DNA of 64,000 nt from Babesia bigemina (lineage: Eukaryota), in NCBI RefSeq assembly GCF_000981445.1, contig NC_027217.1:1302001-1366000 (forward strand), in the 5' to 3' direction. The number at the start of each line of letters is the position of its first letter. Within the stretch, counting starts at the first letter, position 1. A program made the translations under genes and the position numbers. This document shows, in pieces, positions 11,816-25,331 of the stretch. The notes beneath the pieces are model-generated. The model ran no database searches, was not told the origin of the DNA, and saw only the letters and a program-made list of their open reading frames with translations.

Positions 11816-14745
11816 ATGAAACGAATTCGTTTACAGAGCAGCGCAATACCGTTCGTCACAATGGGTGCCTTTCTTGTGGCGAGATATTTGTGGGCATTCA
11901 GCACGATATGGTTATATCGGATTAGCTGCCTGAACTCATTAAATTGCGACTTTGGATATCCGTATGAGCTACTTACCAACAATGCTCTTGCTACCTGCCA
12001 CATGGATATTGATAATCTTTCCTCTGCAACTGTGATATGTCCACGCCAAGTATACGGCGTTGATTATGTCTGGCATCCCCAGCCAACTGCAGATGAAAAC
12101 AATCGACTCAATACCTACGTGAATGAACGTGGCATTTTTTGTTCCGTTGCTCTTTCTAATGTGGTGCGCTCAGCATCCGAGTATACACTCTTCTGGATAG
12201 AATCTAATCAGTCGCAAACGGTTTTGCATTTGGACTTATCAATTCATGAAGTGTTTGCAATTAATGAACGCCGCTTGATATTTATTTGCGGTCCGAGAGA
12301 TTTGATTTTGAGCTATACCGTGCAGCGTCACCTTAACAGCTTTAGTGCTACTCAACCAGGTACACTTCCTTGGACTGCAGAAACGCCATTTACTGAAGAG
12401 ATAGCGCAAATACGAACGGGATTGGGTGTATTTTTTTAACAGAGGAACCGTGCACCTACCTCTTCAAGGCTGTGGAAGCCGTCCCTCGCCTCTGTTTGAT
12501 GTGGAAAATGAGGTTTCCATAGACCTAGATACCGGAACAGTTTCATGTGTGGCGGATCCTATGTCCTTATCGCCCATAGGTTTCGTTTGCTAAGGCCTAA
12601 TTGAACTTGCTGATTGCATGATGTCTCTCATTAACAAGAGTGACGAAGTTGCGACTGTTACTACACCACATTTATATAATGATTTCGAAAAGAGTGGGAA
12701 ATGGGTCGTTGCGCGATACTTTAATGGCTTGGCATTATCACCTATCAATGGCGAATGCCGGTGCGTCGATGCGGAAACAGGTCAGCTGAAGGCCAAGATA
12801 GAGATTCGAATGAGAACCGATTACGTTTGCGATATTGCTAGCAAAATATTCCGAAACCGTATGCTTCCTATCACTGGGCCGTGGTGTTCGGTGGTGCTAC
12901 ATCCTGGTAGCACCTTGACCATAAAATTTCCAATACAGGCCATAAGCTCGGCATCTACTGACGATACCCCACGCACTTCATTCTCCCAGCTGCCGTACAT
13001 ATATGATTATGAAACTAAATTTTGGCCAAAAGACTTGATTAAGCTGCGTCAACTGGTTGCATCTTATGATGTAGATATTTACGACGAAATATTGTACGGC
13101 AATGCTATCGCTGGCGATGCCCTTGCGTTAGATGTGTCCCAAATGGCCCGGGGAGAGGTGACACTGAAATACCATCTGGACGAACCTCTTGCTCTACGAA
13201 GTGGATTGAACTCGTTTTATTCTCATTGGACATTGATATCTAGGAATGACTATGTCCCAGACAACATAAGCGCCGTCGTCAAAGTCTCCTTAGCGTTTAC
13301 CCACCAGTACGGGATCCTTGGTTGCGACCGAAGGCGGCCAAGTGTATTTGACGTGGGCTTATCCAAGAATTTTTGTCTACCAAAATCAATGGGATTTGGA
13401 ATAGGGGATTTGTATGAATGCTCATACGATATAATGCGGGACGTTAGAAAGGTCGGCATTCGCTGCGGGTCCAATGAGTAGCTACTGCCAGGTAACTGTG
13501 AATCTACAGGGTACGATCTATCATCTAACAAGGTTATGCAATTCCCAGGATCTTATCGTAATGTAACTCCATACCGCATTTGGGGATTTCAAGTTTTCGA
13601 CATGGGTATCCAAAATAAACCCCTCTGTTATTCTTTTATATGCGTCGACCAACGTGTATACGAAAAGTCCAGGCTTGTTTTCGAATACAACCGTCACGAA
13701 TATCACAACTACACAGTACGCCGTAAACGACAGTCTCAGGTGGATTCCTTTCATATTGCTGCCTTGGAGTGAGGTCAGATTAGGAGTTGAAGGATTTAGA
13801 TCACCGATATCGTATATTTTAAACAGAACATATCAGAATTCCGTGACACTAAACTCGGGAAAAACGTTGCTCTTATATTGTGGAATTAGTTCTGTTGCTT
13901 ATGTACAACATGAACGTAGAATCCACCGCTTAAACTCTGACATTCTAGAGTCAACTTAGCTGCCACAGCAACCTGAAGAATTCTATTTTGAGGTAAAAGA
14001 AACTTCCGATGGTCCTGAGCTTTTTAAAGGTGGTATATGACGATTCAATTATAACAACTCGGGGTGGATTAACAACCACAGACCAATACTTTGAAGGGAG
14101 ACCTGGATATCAAATTCTGGCGATTAAATCGAACAATGGCGCTATCTTAATATCTAAGGATCCCGTCCAGAAGCAGAACCTGTCTATGGCATTCGTTTGC
14201 GGCAAACGACTCGAACAATCTGACTTGTCCGTCGTCACAGGTGATTTGCCAACGTCAGACGAACCTGCACAGCACAATGTTTGTGTCGTGACATCAGCAG
14301 CGCCATACGTTTGGCACCTCGTTAAAGTTTATGTTGAAACAACGGACCCTTCATGCAAGGCTGAGGGGTTACCCACGAGTCGGGTGAGTTGTTCAAACCG
14401 GATACAGCCCTACTCTACGACTATAACGGACAACAACAAATTGGTTGCAATATAGACATTCAGACCACTAAAGAAGCGGCGTTCTATTGCCCAGCTCCTT
14501 ACGTCCGGGACCCACCCAACTGCTTCGACCAGGTCTCCGTGAACGGTGAATTGAAGGACTTGAGTGGCATCAGTCAGTCCTTGGTAGCATCGCACAGTAA
14601 TCACTTTGTCACACTGAAGTTCGAGAGCAAACGCGTAGGGTTGGGAGAAAAACGGCGTCAAACCCCGCCACTTGAATGTCGCTGCGTAACTATCAAGGGT
14701 GTAGTCCTGTCTACCATACAGATCGAGAACTACTACGCCAAGTAA
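11816..14745 (+). pseudogene. Multi-domain 6-Cys (s48/45) family pseudogene, copy 1
   Basis: Signal-like N-terminus and repeated s48/45 motifs (CDFG...C...VICP; GC...GFVC...DC...CRC; GCNID...AAFYCPAPY..DPPNCFDQV...LECRC). Broken by frameshifts (T7 at 12431-12437, about 13725, 14020 and 14350) and in-frame stops (12591, 13479, 13957, about 14362). Confidence 0.8.
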
Positions 14746-16498
14746 TGAGTATCTCTGATGTGGTAACCCATTTGGCAATGAACCACTTTAATTGTCATAA
14801 TTCATGTTGGTACCTTTGTTGGTATGTCTCCAGTGGCTGCATAGTACTTGCTTAGATTGCGATAGTTGTCGGTGCTGAGTTGGCATCGTATTTTTGTGTT
14901 GTAATACATTTTTGTAGTTTTGTGTTAACGATACCACGTCATGCCAGTAATGGGATTTGATACTACATCTCACAAGGCAAATAGCGTATGTCTGGCACAC
15001 TTTGGGAAGGTGCAAGGTTTTGCGTTGGTGATCTCACAACCTGAAAATCAGACAATGCCCGAGATACTCAACAAGAGATTGAATCCGTCAATGACCATTG
15101 TCCCACAGTAACTCCACCAATTTAATCAACCAACTACCGTGTGAGCACTTGGCCACCCTACATGATTAGAGAACAATGAAACCAAAAAGCAGTTCATTTG
15201 CTCACTGCGTTTTCACAGCACTTCACATCATGACCATTCGTAAGGCTGAAGTGACTGATATTGGTAATTACTAAATCACAGTTACCCGTGCCCGCCCTAC
15301 GCAGCAGCAGCCTACGGCTTGCTGGGATGGATGAGGGGAAAGCAGATTGTGATTCACAATTAAATATTACGTACCATTAACATGATGAATCTATGAGATA
15401 TGTTGTTGGTAACAGATGGCTAGGAAACACTTTCGGTCATACTCATCTCAATAAGGAATCAGGGCCAATCACGCTTGAGATACAAAGAGTTGCACTCGAT
15501 TACGTAGTATCGCGAGAACCGCACAAACACATGGCAAATCAATCGCAGAGCTGCAATTACATGTGCCATTTGAGAGATATTAGCAGGACACCAGATTCGT
15601 AGGTAGCCAAGGCGGTGAGCGGACGATGCCCATATCGGTTGGGGGACGGGTGACCTTAATACGGAAGACACGGTTGTTTAACATTTTTGACCCAATACTG
15701 AGGTTAAAACCACAACAACTCACATAAATCAATTTGTAAGTTCGCCAACTCAAAAATGTTGGACCACATAGAAGCGTGAAGCAAGATGCTCAGCCTGTAT
15801 ACGACCCGCTGGATGCGGTATACTTGTTACGCAGAGATAGCTGCCACAACATAGACAGTGACGCATCAGGTGAAAACCGCAGGAATGACTACGTAACATT
15901 GATAAGGGACGGTTTGACCTCTCCACCCCGTGATTACAATGCACAGAATCTGTATGGCCACCCATGTCGACAGCTGACTCGGATTCTAAATGAAATAGTA
16001 GTCCCTACATCATTTCACTGTTTGCGTGTCTAACTAAGGCGCGTGCTCTCATGGCGTATATGCTGGTGGATGTTGACAAGCTGTGGGGAGTCATGAACAC
16101 GGAGCAGTTTATGCTGTGTCATACCACACGCAATCCATCGTACGATTTCAATTGTTGATTGACCAGCGCAAACTCAGCTAACCAACGTGAGCTCAGTATG
16201 TACCATTGCCGTCTGAAACATATATACTGCAACGACATGCGTTGTGGATACCGCATGCCACGGTGACTGTAGATCTGTCTGCGATGAGCAAACATTGCCG
16301 TCATAGCACCTCAATTGCCTATACGGCTCTCGCATAGACAGCCTTGCTTATCTCATTTAGATACGCAGACACTGGAATGGAACAGCACTAGTGTTGTGCT
16401 TCCCAGCCATAACGTCGGCTACGTAAAAGCTAGACATATGAGCAGACACTAATTTCACACGTTTGTAGAAGTCGTCTACTTAAACGAATCATGTAAAA

Positions 16499-17227
16499 AT
16501 GGTGTACACTTCGTTGACCGAAGTCCCTCACAATCTCAAGGAGGGCATTGACTGGTTGGTGGCTTTGAAGGGAACTTATGGCGAGAACAACTTAAAGACC
16601 ATCGTTGGAGCAATTCAGAAATTTCTCTCATACCACCGCCTACATAAACCTCAGGAAGCTAAGAAGCATTTATCTTACGAGAATATAAACTTATCTCCAT
16701 GAGGTTCACGTGGAACCAGTAGCATAGGGACATCTGGCCAGCTAGCGATATGCTGGGTAAATTCATTAAAACTATGGTTGAAAAAACTTTACCGATTTCG
16801 TCAATCCCATGGACTCAAATACTGAGAAAATCACAGAGACCTTAAGTAAATTTGTTAATGTTTTTGAGAAGTTCTTGGAGGGTATCAGAGTGCCAGACCA
16901 GTACAAGTCTGCTTGCAGTTCTTAAGCAACGGACTGAATAATGTTTAGAAAGCCGAAGGACAGCGCTGCGGATTTTGGGGGAATCGCGTCAATGTTATAC
17001 AGAGGGCCACCGTCCTTGCTGAACACGACTTGCGATACAGCGAGGAGGTGGTTGTCATTTTGTGATGATGAGCCTAAGCTAGAGGTGTTGAATGCCGTAA
17101 GTTATAGCTAAATAGACTGCCGCTTCAGAATCAGTGCGTCAAATGTCGTCAGTATGTTGGGATGCGTGGATAAACGAGTGTTGCAGATGAGTTGTGCCCC
17201 CCGCTTGATTTGGGGCCCTATACTGAG
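16499..17227 (+). pseudogene. ves-like pseudogene, copy 2 (chimeric 5' end)
   Basis: MVYTSLTEVP start differs from copy 1 within codons 4-9. Identical thereafter, including lesions. Confidence 0.8.
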
Positions 17228-17689
17228 TTGGTATCGCAGATGTACTGTGAAAAAAGTTTAGCACGCGCATATTCTCAGCCCAGCTCCACATTATATACCC
17301 TTCAACGAGTTGTCACGAGGCATCTTTAATTTATGAAATGTAGTGATTGTCAGATTTACTTACGCAATCTGCCCACTTCACAGAGTCAATCAGATCGTGT
17401 TAAACACGGTTCTCAGCGCCTTTTAAATCTTAGCAAGGGTGCACGTTGGGCTGCTCTTGCTGCAACGTGAGAGCATTTCACTTCGTATAGCCGACATATA
17501 TTGAGTGGAACGTACGCAGCTTATAAATAACGGTATGTTTTACTTTGCTAGCTATCAAGTGAACGGGTTACTATAGCTGCCTTTGGGGGCATCTTAGTAA
17601 AACTAGTCATTGAAATCCGGAATGCCTATTTGGTGTAAAGCATGTTAACACCTACGCGTAGTGTCATTCTACCGGCAGAAGATTCCCTG

Positions 17690-17693
<4 letters not shown>

Positions 17694-17725
<32 letters not shown>
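17694..17725. repeat. (TA)16 microsatellite
   Basis: Read directly; 5 units longer than in copy 1. Confidence 0.95.
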
Positions 17726-17729
<4 letters not shown>

Positions 17730-18706
17730 TACTTTGTCTTAAAGCTGCATACACGAATGTATCCTGCATTGGACGGTTTGCTCTGTTTGGGTTGTATGGA
17801 TACTCTACATGCTATAACCCGTGGAGCGGTCCTGGACGTAACTGCACTGCTCCATTGAAGCGATGTGAAACATTCCCAGAACTATCATGAAGTGGAACCT
17901 GTGGCCTAAACTAACTGCGTGAGGTGCTATCCTGGTAAATGCGGAAACCAGGCCGAAAACAGTGTAACCAGGTGGCACATTATACACTACCGGAAGATTA
18001 ACTATGATACACTATACTGCGTTATTTGTAAAGTGGAGCGTCGATCTCGTTAGTGGGTATCAGCTTCACCACATAGACCTGGCCGGACATACAACCATTG
18101 ATGGAGGGAGATCAAAGTAGCAGTTTATACGCAACTCCTCCCACAAACTGTTATGCCATCATGGTACCAATCGACATGGCGCTTCATAGCGTTGTTTCGA
18201 TGGTTTTATTTAACGTTGATTTTGATATGAGTCACGCTGCTCATCTATCTGGTACGTCTGTTACCCAAGTGTCATCCTTGCAAAATAACTACGCATATCA
18301 ATATTAATACGAGGATGCAACAATAATCATGAAAAGTGCAGCATTCATGTTATTGGCAGATATCATATGGAATACATGTGGCACCATGCCTAACACAACA
18401 TTGGTGGCAGCAAGTGAGTCGTCAAGTGGGCTCCACCGTATACGCTGGCTGACTATTGTGTTGGAACACACTAATTACACTCCTTACTATGATAAATGTG
18501 AATTAATCTGCATATTTTGAATAAGCCAGTTTTTAATACGCCAAGACGCCCACCACCCGATGTCATTTCTAAAGCCGATGTGTTCTACAGGGAAACATCA
18601 GAGTGGCTGGAAAGGTTGTGTCCACCATTGCAAACAAGCATAACTTTCGGACACTTTATAGTTTACGACGGAGATTGCGCCTTCGAGGGTGATCTGCTAC
18701 ACTGCC

Positions 18707-19115
18707 GCAACATCTGCCTCAATAGCCGTCTCAGGATGGGATTCACAGACGATGATCTACCTAAGCCTCACCAAACTGGCAAATACTAGTCTACCATCTT
18801 CACTCCTACCCGTGGTATCGATGACCATTTGCTGACATTGTCCTCCCACCTGGTCTGGTTCACCAGGAAACCGCGCAGGCTATCGATTTTGGATGTGCGT
18901 TGCTCCGCCATTTCGCCGCACTTCAACGGTCTAATCCATAAATACGCGTATAAATGTTCGTAATGATGGTCATTTAGAGAGGCATAGCCGTATCTGGCTT
19001 TAATGTTCCCCATAACATAGGTTGCCGGCTTTAACACCGTCTCCTAGCTGATAGTCTGCCAATTGAGTTCCTTCAACAGGCCTCCAACAAATGCGTATTT
19101 CGTCTTTTTGTATCC
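18707..19115 (-). mobile_element. Possible decayed non-LTR retrotransposon fragment (post-RT region), copy 2
   Basis: Duplicate of 11050-11458. Confidence 0.4.
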
Positions 19116-19472
19116 ATTAATTCATATTGGAAGATAACGTCGATTGTTAAGATGGTTATGGTACTATTTCGCCGATTATCTCCCATCCGATACGATCGCT
19201 AAACATTTGAGGCGATACTACCGCCAACAGCATATATACTACCATTCTAATATATTATACATCAACACGAATATTTAAAGCCTCTTGTTGCATCTGACCC
19301 ATGTGTCAAATGATTGTTATGGTTGGAGATATGAAGGAAATTTCGTCGGTGAGCATCCAGACAGCTGCTGACATCCTTGCAGGGTTATTGCCATAAGCAA
19401 TAAACCTTTGATCACCTTAGCCACACTTGTACTCGTTTATTCACATTTAGTGTTATTGAAAACTGTAGTGAT

Positions 19473-22402
19473 ATGAAACGAATTCGTTTACAGAGCAGCG
19501 CAATACCGTTCGTCACAATGGGTGCCTTTCTTGTGGCGAGATATTTGTGGGCATTCAGCACGATATGGTTATATCGGATTAGCTGCCTGAACTCATTAAA
19601 TTGCGACTTTGGATATCCGTATGAGCTACTTACCAACAATGCTCTTGCTACCTGCCACATGGATATTGATAATCTTTCCTCTGCAACTGTGATATGTCCA
19701 CGCCAAGTATACGGCGTTGATTATGTCTGGCATCCCCAGCCAACTGCAGATGAAAACAATCGACTCAATACCTACGTGAATGAACGTGGCATTTTTTGTT
19801 CCGTTGCTCTTTCTAATGTGGTGCGCTCAGCATCCGAGTATACACTCTTCTGGATAGAATCTAATCAGTCGCAAACGGTTTTGCATTTGGACTTATCAAT
19901 TCATGAAGTGTTTGCAATTAATGAACGCCGCTTGATATTTATTTGCGGTCCGAGAGATTTGATTTTGAGCTATACCGTGCAGCGTCACCTTAACAGCTTT
20001 AGTGCTACTCAACCAGGTACACTTCCTTGGACTGCAGAAACGCCATTTACTGAAGAGATAGCGCAAATACGAACGGGATTGGGTGTATTTTTTTAACAGA
20101 GGAACCGTGCACCTACCTCTTCAAGGCTGTGGAAGCCGTCCCTCGCCTCTGTTTGATGTGGAAAATGAGGTTTCCATAGACCTAGATACCGGAACAGTTT
20201 CATGTGTGGCGGATCCTATGTCCTTATCGCCCATAGGTTTCGTTTGCTAAGGCCTAATTGAACTTGCTGATTGCATGATGTCTCTCATTAACAAGAGTGA
20301 CGAAGTTGCGACTGTTACTACACCACATTTATATAATGATTTCGAAAAGAGTGGGAAATGGGTCGTTGCGCGATACTTTAATGGCTTGGCATTATCACCT
20401 ATCAATGGCGAATGCCGGTGCGTCGATGCGGAAACAGGTCAGCTGAAGGCCAAGATAGAGATTCGAATGAGAACCGATTACGTTTGCGATATTGCTAGCA
20501 AAATATTCCGAAACCGTATGCTTCCTATCACTGGGCCGTGGTGTTCGGTGGTGCTACATCCTGGTAGCACCTTGACCATAAAATTTCCAATACAGGCCAT
20601 AAGCTCGGCATCTACTGACGATACCCCACGCACTTCATTCTCCCAGCTGCCGTACATATATGATTATGAAACTAAATTTTGGCCAAAAGACTTGATTAAG
20701 CTGCGTCAACTGGTTGCATCTTATGATGTAGATATTTACGACGAAATATTGTACGGCAATGCTATCGCTGGCGATGCCCTTGCGTTAGATGTGTCCCAAA
20801 TGGCCCGGGGAGAGGTGACACTGAAATACCATCTGGACGAACCTCTTGCTCTACGAAGTGGATTGAACTCGTTTTATTCTCATTGGACATTGATATCTAG
20901 GAATGACTATGTCCCAGACAACATAAGCGCCGTCGTCAAAGTCTCCTTAGCGTTTACCCACCAGTACGGGATCCTTGGTTGCGACCGAAGGCGGCCAAGT
21001 GTATTTGACGTGGGCTTATCCAAGAATTTTTGTCTACCAAAATCAATGGGATTTGGAATAGGGGATTTGTATGAATGCTCATACGATATAATGCGGGACG
21101 TTAGAAAGGTCGGCATTCGCTGCGGGTCCAATGAGTAGCTACTGCCAGGTAACTGTGAATCTACAGGGTACGATCTATCATCTAACAAGGTTATGCAATT
21201 CCCAGGATCTTATCGTAATGTAACTCCATACCGCATTTGGGGATTTCAAGTTTTCGACATGGGTATCCAAAATAAACCCCTCTGTTATTCTTTTATATGC
21301 GTCGACCAACGTGTATACGAAAAGTCCAGGCTTGTTTTCGAATACAACCGTCACGAATATCACAACTACACAGTACGCCGTAAACGACAGTCTCAGGTGG
21401 ATTCCTTTCATATTGCTGCCTTGGAGTGAGGTCAGATTAGGAGTTGAAGGATTTAGATCACCGATATCGTATATTTTAAACAGAACATATCAGAATTCCG
21501 TGACACTAAACTCGGGAAAAACGTTGCTCTTATATTGTGGAATTAGTTCTGTTGCTTATGTACAACATGAACGTAGAATCCACCGCTTAAACTCTGACAT
21601 TCTAGAGTCAACTTAGCTGCCACAGCAACCTGAAGAATTCTATTTTGAGGTAAAAGAAACTTCCGATGGTCCTGAGCTTTTTAAAGGTGGTATATGACGA
21701 TTCAATTATAACAACTCGGGGTGGATTAACAACCACAGACCAATACTTTGAAGGGAGACCTGGATATCAAATTCTGGCGATTAAATCGAACAATGGCGCT
21801 ATCTTAATATCTAAGGATCCCGTCCAGAAGCAGAACCTGTCTATGGCATTCGTTTGCGGCAAACGACTCGAACAATCTGACTTGTCCGTCGTCACAGGTG
21901 ATTTGCCAACGTCAGACGAACCTGCACAGCACAATGTTTGTGTCGTGACATCAGCAGCGCCATACGTTTGGCACCTCGTTAAAGTTTATGTTGAAACAAC
22001 GGACCCTTCATGCAAGGCTGAGGGGTTACCCACGAGTCGGGTGAGTTGTTCAAACCGGATACAGCCCTACTCTACGACTATAACGGACAACAACAAATTG
22101 GTTGCAATATAGACATTCAGACCACTAAAGAAGCGGCGTTCTATTGCCCAGCTCCTTACGTCCGGGACCCACCCAACTGCTTCGACCAGGTCTCCGTGAA
22201 CGGTGAATTGAAGGACTTGAGTGGCATCAGTCAGTCCTTGGTAGCATCGCACAGTAATCACTTTGTCACACTGAAGTTCGAGAGCAAACGCGTAGGGTTG
22301 GGAGAAAAACGGCGTCAAACCCCGCCACTTGAATGTCGCTGCGTAACTATCAAGGGTGTAGTCCTGTCTACCATACAGATCGAGAACTACTACGCCAAGT
22401 AA
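19473..22402 (+). pseudogene. Multi-domain 6-Cys (s48/45) family pseudogene, copy 2
   Basis: Identical to 11816-14745, with the same lesions. Confidence 0.8.
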
Positions 22403-24124
22403 TGAGTATCTCTGATGTGGTAACCCATTTGGCAATGAACCACTTTAATTGTCATAATTCATGTTGGTACCTTTGTTGGTATGTCTCCAGTGGCTGCATA
22501 GTACTTGCTTAGATTGCGATAGTTGTCGGTGCTGAGTTGGCATCGTATTTTTGTGTTGTAATACATTTTTGTAGTTTTGTGTTAACGATACCACGTCATG
22601 CCAGTAATGGGATTTGATACTACATCTCACAAGGCAAATAGCGTATGTCTGGCACACTTCGGGAAGGTGCAACGTTTTGCGTTAGTGATCTCATAACAAC
22701 CTAAAAATCAGCCTATAAACCAAATACTCAACGAGAGATGTATTGCGGCAATGATCATTGTCCCACAGTAACTTCGCCAATTTAATCAACCCACTACTAT
22801 GGTGAATGGCCACCCTACACTGTTGGAGAAAAATTAAACCATAAAGCAGTTCATTTGCTCACTGCGTGTTCACAGCACTTCACATCATAACTATTCAGAA
22901 GGCTGAAGTGACTAATATTGGTAATTACTAAACCACAGTTACCCGTGCCCTCCCTACGCAGCGGCAGCCTACGGCTTGCTGGGATTGATGGAAGGAAATT
23001 ACAGAGCTATTCAGAATGGGGTATTAGGTGCGAGCAGCGTTATACAGCTGTGACAAACACGGCTAATGTCAGATGGGTATGAAACGTTCTCGACACCCCT
23101 TGCCTCAATGAGGACTCCGACAGCAGCAAGGTAGGGATGTAAAAAGCTGCATCAGATTAAGTCGTTTAATGTCAACATAATGACACAACATAGAATGATA
23201 GTCAAAGATGTGGTTTTTCGTGTGCTTTGGTGTCGTTGTTCAGTAATGCAGATTTTGGTGCTTCAGCGTGAATGGCAGAACGCCCATACCAGACAGGAGA
23301 TGCATAGCCTTAACAAGGTACGCAGATCTGTCGGATCCATCCAATTCTACGAACACGTAACAATAACAATCAGTTATGCTGCACCACTCTAGGCGTAAAT
23401 CCGGTACCTCAAATACGGTTGCACAGCAATGTATAGGCCAAGCTCAGCAGCACAAGGGAGCAAAATCGGAAACAGTTATGGTGGACCCATCAATGCGATT
23501 GTATCGGAAGTTGTTGGATACTAACCAGATACTGCTTCGTAACACTAAACGTGTCACTGCATTTTCTCAGTGTACTGTGTTTCAGAGCTGAGGAGTCACG
23601 TCAGAATCTCAGAACGACATCCTTGGATGTAAAATAATCTACAGGTCGTCGCGATCGTAGGGCAGTCATAGGATATACGAATGCATAATGCTGAATTGGT
23701 CTTGGGCATTATCCCGTGTGTAAGCCACCGCACGGAGTGCACACTGTAATGTGCTTGTCGCAACCCATCGGAAAATCGAAAATCTTTGTCAATTTATGCA
23801 CATATTATCACAGTATATGGGCGCATTGCGTCTCATTCATATTTGAAAAATAGACACTGCGATGACATTCGATGCGGATGCTGCATGCCACATCAACGGT
23901 ATGGACCCGGCTGCCATGGAATAGCTGGGCGCTCGTCGCGCCTTCAACGAACGCCTATTCGATACATAGACGATACGTAATAATCAAATTTGACGCACAT
24001 TTATCGGGTGTTGACAGCACTTTAGTTAGTCTGCGATCAAGGCACAGCGGTAATAGATAGGCTTCTGAATGCACAAAGCAACACACGTTTTTAACTCACG
24101 CCTAGCATAACGAATACATACAAG

Positions 24125-25093
24125 ATGGTGTACACTTCGCTAACCGATGCCCCTCACAACTTCAAGGAAGCAGCTGACTGGTTGTTGGCACTGAAGGGCG
24201 ATGACGTGAAAAACCTGAAGGCCATAGGTGAGGCAGTTTACAAGTTTCTTGTGGATAAGCCCGTTGGCAGGATAAATCTGCCAGCTCTCGAGAAAGTTAA
24301 ACGTATTTCTAAACATTTCCTGGAGCAACGCGAGCTTAGGAACTATTGGTTCGTTGAAGAGCTGTTGAAACGATACAATGACCTTATTAGTAAATCACCT
24401 GGAGCATGGGCTAAGTACTTCAGAGTTGTGGACGAATCCGATTATAAAAACGTTGTAAAGAGCAAGGGTATCACCGCTGAAGACATTGCAAAGAATTTAG
24501 ACAGGATTGTTAATGGTACTGAGATATTGCGGGATAGTATCAAAATTCCTGACGAATATCAATCTGCTTACAGTTCAGAAGCTACGTGGGAGTCGTCATG
24601 CGCAAAAGACCCGGAAGCTTGTGCGACGGTATTCGTGGGTATTGCGCCAATGTTATACGCAGGTGTACGTTCTCTGCACACTGCGAGTATAGCGGCCACC
24701 TTAAATTTGGCCCCGTTAACGAGGCATGAGTATGGTTTGCGAAAGACGATGAAAGCCTTGGGTTATGTAGAGCCGGAATGCCGCACTAACATGAGTGGAC
24801 TAGATGTCGGCAGGGCGTTGAGAGGTCTGTATCTAAGAAGGGTGTTAACGCTATGCGACCTCGCTGGATTCTGGGCTTTCTATGGATCGAAAAATGCAGC
24901 TGTAAAATCTGGCGAGCTTGACAAGGACGCACAGGAGTTTATTGACTTCTACGTCAACATGAAGCCCATTAACCCTCCCAAGAAGTATGTGTTGCGCAAA
25001 CCGCCCAGCACATACACTGCCACCGGATCGAACAACATGTATTACCCCTGGCTGCCAACAGTGTTGGATATGGGTGATACTGTCCCACTTTAA
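24125..25093 (+). CDS. Intact short VESA1-N-terminal-like protein (ves2-type), 322 aa
   Basis: MVYTSLTDAPHNFKEAADWLLALKG start; YQSAYSSEATWESSCAKDPEACATVFVGIAPMLYAG; LGYVEPECR; DLAGFWAFY. These motifs are typical of Babesia ves-related families. No signal peptide is evident. Confidence 0.75.
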   Translation: MVYTSLTDAPHNFKEAADWLLALKGDDVKNLKAIGEAVYKFLVDKPVGRINLPALEKVKRISKHFLEQRELRNYWFVEELLKRYNDLISKSPGAWAKYFRVVDESDYKNVVKSKGITAEDIAKNLDRIVNGTEILRDSIKIPDEYQSAYSSEATWESSCAKDPEACATVFVGIAPMLYAGVRSLHTASIAATLNLAPLTRHEYGLRKTMKALGYVEPECRTNMSGLDVGRALRGLYLRRVLTLCDLAGFWAFYGSKNAAVKSGELDKDAQEFIDFYVNMKPINPPKKYVLRKPPSTYTATGSNNMYYPWLPTVLDMGDTVPL

Positions 25094-25331
25094 TGCGCCT
25101 CATCGTCTGCCGTGTCTTTGTAAGACTGCGGGATGTATTCTTTAACGCTTTTATTAATAAATGTTGATATAGGTCCAATCTGTCATCCCCTCTGCCCATT
25201 GTTTTGAACCGCTAATCGGTTTACCTAACAAGCAATCTGGTAGTTAAGGTCGTAGACGTATTAGGACAGCGTATTAGTGGCCATTAGATATGAGTTATTG
25301 CCGCGGCCCATCATCTCAGTAAATCGTGGAA

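Larger units (their letters stand above)
8879..15002 (+). repeat. 6.1-kb direct repeat, copy 1
   Basis: By eye identical to 16526-22659 except for (TA)n length. Offset is 7647 before and 7657 after the microsatellite, and the ORF translations are identical. Confidence 0.95.
16526..22659 (+). repeat. 6.1-kb direct repeat, copy 2
   Basis: Matches 8879-15002. Confidence 0.95.

Noticed and set aside
12431..12437. T7 homopolymer frameshift as a phase-variation switch or sequencing error in the 6-Cys gene
   Set aside because: Several independent nonsense substitutions and frameshifts follow, so repairing it would not restore the gene.
15340..16498. Short ORFs in the spacer between cassette copies
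   Set aside because: No recognisable homology, and lengths are expected by chance.
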